Assembly: GCA_000146045.2 (NCBI GenBank)
Contig: BK006945.2
Span: forward strand, 864,001 to 928,000
DNA from: TPA_inf: Saccharomyces
Lineage: Eukaryota
DNA length: 64,000 nt
Direction: 5' to 3'
The notes beneath the pieces are model-generated. The model was not told the DNA's origin. It saw nothing but the letters and a program-made list of their open reading frames with translations, and did not search any database. Below, piece after piece: positions 61,568 to 64,000 of the stretch (its first letter is position 1; each line of letters begins with the position of its first letter). The translations under genes were made by a program, and so were the position numbers.

Positions 61568-63619
61568 ATGGATTTTACAACAATGACTATGGCAAGCAAT
61601 ATGGCTACTAGTACTACTACGACGGCTACATCGGCACATGCATCTATAAATTCGTCATCAAACTTTAATATTGATATTGATTCGAACCAGAATACTCCTT
61701 CCATTTTGATAAATAACAATTCGGATTCTTCTAATGGAAAAAACACAGATTTTAACGGCGTCAATAATATTCACCAAAAAAATATCATGAATAATACAAA
61801 TAATGTTCATTTGTACTCTCCAAATATAATGGACCAAACGCTACTAACTCCACAGGACATTGCCAAGTTACGGAGAGAATCAATAGCCCATTCTCAAGGG
61901 ATGGGTGGTGTTTCATGGGGATCCATTAGTGTTGGTTCTTGGTTAAGAGATGAAATTATTAGCCGTAGAAATAGTATTGTACCTGCATCAGCAAACGGTG
62001 CTGCCTCCGCTGCCGCTTCTGCAACCACTACTGCCACTAATACTTTGCAGATTCAACAACCAACTAAGAGACCCTCTGTTAGTAATCCGCCTTACCATAG
62101 AGGGTATTCTATTTCTCCTCAGATAGCCTACACTGCTTATCTGCCAAATCTAGAAAAGCAATATTGTAAAGATTATTCATGCTGTGGTCTTTCCTTACCA
62201 GGTTTGCATGATTTGCTGAGACATTACGAAGAAGCTCATATATCCACGTCTCCTAACACTACCAATATGTCACAAATACCGATGAACTCTGCTGGTAACA
62301 CTAGTTCATCAGTTCGTATGACAAATAATACCTCTTCTGCCAACTATAACCTGCAGAATAACATGGCCGCTAATACAAAAAATGCAGGTCATAAGACTAA
62401 TACTATGCAGGCTCATAGCAGCAATGCAACTAATAACACCTCCATTAATAATATGCATGCCAATCTTCAGAGCAACATGGATTCCAACTCCACAATACGA
62501 CAATCTCAGCATCCTCACCATCAGCAGAATATAATACAACAACAGTTGCAATCGAATTCTGTAAATCATACATCAGGGGCTGTACCCACACCGAGTGTAA
62601 TGGGTTCAGCAACTGCGTCGTCCACAACTGCAAATCCAAATGTGATATCTATAACGGGTGCCCCCAACTCGGGCTTATCTATGGCTAATCACTCTCAACA
62701 ACTACATCTGAATGGTAATCTAGTCGATGCCGTTTCAACGAATGATGTGTTTTTAAGAACGAGCAATTCTCCATCAAGACACGTTCCGCACAATAAACAA
62801 ATTAACAGTAACAATAATAGTGGTATCAATATCAATAATAATACCTCACACAATTCTAATATTAACATGGGTAGTAAAAACGCCATGGTGAATCGTCCAC
62901 ATACTTTTAATAACTATTCCTTGAACAAAACGTCCAGGAATCCTATTCAACATCAATCAAGAAAAATTGATCCTCATCAAACCGATTTATCACCTCTGGT
63001 ACTTGTCCAAGATATAGATTTAAGTTTTATGGATGATGATATTTTGGGCCCTAGTAACCACAATTCCATGAACTCTGTCGTAAATCCAACTACAGGTTCT
63101 CACAACTACAATACTTTTCATTCTTCCGTACACGCAAAATCTTCTCAAAACATGGTCGAGGATCAAGACATTGATGACATTGATGATGACGATGATGTTG
63201 ATGATGACGATGACGATGACGATGACGATGACACAGAAAATGGCTCCAGTTCCAATGGAAAATCAGTTCATAACAACAATTACAAGATGCCTCAGCAAGC
63301 TTATATAGACGATCCTGCGAGAAGGCTCTATGTAATGGATCATGAGGAACAAAAACCCTTTAAGTGTCCAGTTATTGGTTGTGAAAAGACTTATAAAAAC
63401 CAAAACGGTTTGAAGTACCATAGGTTGCACGGACATCAGAATCAAAAATTACATGAAAACCCTGACGGTACATTTAGCGTAATAGATCCAGATTCGACAG
63501 ATTCTTTTGGTGATGGAATGGGCTCTGCAAAGGATAAACCATACCGTTGTGAAGTTTGTGGTAAGAGATATAAGAACTTGAACGGTTTAAAATATCACAG
63601 GGGCCACTCCACTCACTAA
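61568..63619 (+). CDS. SFP1: Split C2H2 zinc-finger transcription factor regulating ribosomal-protein and Ribi genes, 683 aa
   Basis: It has an Asn/Ser-rich low-complexity N-terminal half, a poly-Asp tract, one internal C2H2-like finger (CCGLSLPGLHDLLRHYEEAH) and two C-terminal fingers (FKCPVIGCEKTYKNQNGLKYHRLHGH; YRCEVCGKRYKNLNGLKYHRGH). Its length matches YLR403W. Confidence 0.93.
   Translation: MDFTTMTMASNMATSTTTTATSAHASINSSSNFNIDIDSNQNTPSILINNNSDSSNGKNTDFNGVNNIHQKNIMNNTNNVHLYSPNIMDQTLLTPQDIAKLRRESIAHSQGMGGVSWGSISVGSWLRDEIISRRNSIVPASANGAASAAASATTTATNTLQIQQPTKRPSVSNPPYHRGYSISPQIAYTAYLPNLEKQYCKDYSCCGLSLPGLHDLLRHYEEAHISTSPNTTNMSQIPMNSAGNTSSSVRMTNNTSSANYNLQNNMAANTKNAGHKTNTMQAHSSNATNNTSINNMHANLQSNMDSNSTIRQSQHPHHQQNIIQQQLQSNSVNHTSGAVPTPSVMGSATASSTTANPNVISITGAPNSGLSMANHSQQLHLNGNLVDAVSTNDVFLRTSNSPSRHVPHNKQINSNNNSGININNNTSHNSNINMGSKNAMVNRPHTFNNYSLNKTSRNPIQHQSRKIDPHQTDLSPLVLVQDIDLSFMDDDILGPSNHNSMNSVVNPTTGSHNYNTFHSSVHAKSSQNMVEDQDIDDIDDDDDVDDDDDDDDDDDTENGSSSNGKSVHNNNYKMPQQAYIDDPARRLYVMDHEEQKPFKCPVIGCEKTYKNQNGLKYHRLHGHQNQKLHENPDGTFSVIDPDSTDSFGDGMGSAKDKPYRCEVCGKRYKNLNGLKYHRGHSTH
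63163..63232 (+). repeat. GAT/GAC trinucleotide tract encoding a poly-Asp run (DDIDDDDDVDDDDDDDDDDD) in SFP1
   Basis: Read directly; this is an acidic homopolymer. Confidence 0.9.
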
Positions 63620-64000
63620 GATATAATTGTTTCTTTACTGAATTGATTTAGTATGCTATTTAGATACTAATTCTACCGTTACCGACTCATGCATCGAGCG
63701 GCCGCTCTTTCTCTTGTTGTTGGGCGCAATTTATGTGATCATCTTTGAACGAAAATGCATGATAAAGCTGTGCTCTTCGACTGTTACCATTAATTTCAAA
63801 AAATAAAAAGCATATCTATTATTGAAAAATGAACTTATAATAGAATAACATTTTCTTGTTTTGTCATCATTTCCTCTAAATACTCCGTCATGAAAACGAT
63901 TTGCGCTCTGTCTGGTCTCTCCTTTTAGTATTATTGTTGTGTGTTTTTTACTATTCATTTTTTACTACTGTGTTTTTACTATATATATTTTGGCTTTACT

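Overview
This window reads as a gene-dense stretch of Saccharomyces cerevisiae nuclear DNA. By recognising the encoded proteins, I place it as the right arm of chromosome XII, covering the YLR371W (ROM2) to YLR403W (SFP1) block. That placement is from memory and cannot be verified here. I call 31 protein-coding genes, all well-characterised yeast genes. For 8 of them the ORF-track first ATG lies upstream of the start that reproduces the known protein length, so I report the downstream ATG. I also call one intron-containing tRNA-Lys(UUU) gene with its Pol III terminator, and a probable independently transcribed H/ACA snoRNA (snR34-like) downstream of RPS29A. Candidate cis-elements found by eye are a CSRE in the FBP1 upstream region, MCB elements upstream of SMC6 and CTF3, a HAP/CCAAT box upstream of COX8, Rlm1 and Reb1 sites upstream of CCW14, PAC/RRPE-like motifs upstream of AFG2, a URS1 (Ume6) element at the CST9 start, and an 11/11 ARS consensus match between SMC6 and IKI3. 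Several coding and non-coding low-complexity repeats are listed. I see no sign of a novel multi-gene system, mobile element, CRISPR array or horizontally acquired island. The most interesting unresolved points are a possible unannotated 5'-UTR intron in RPS29A and a canonical URS1 overlapping the annotated CST9 start codon.
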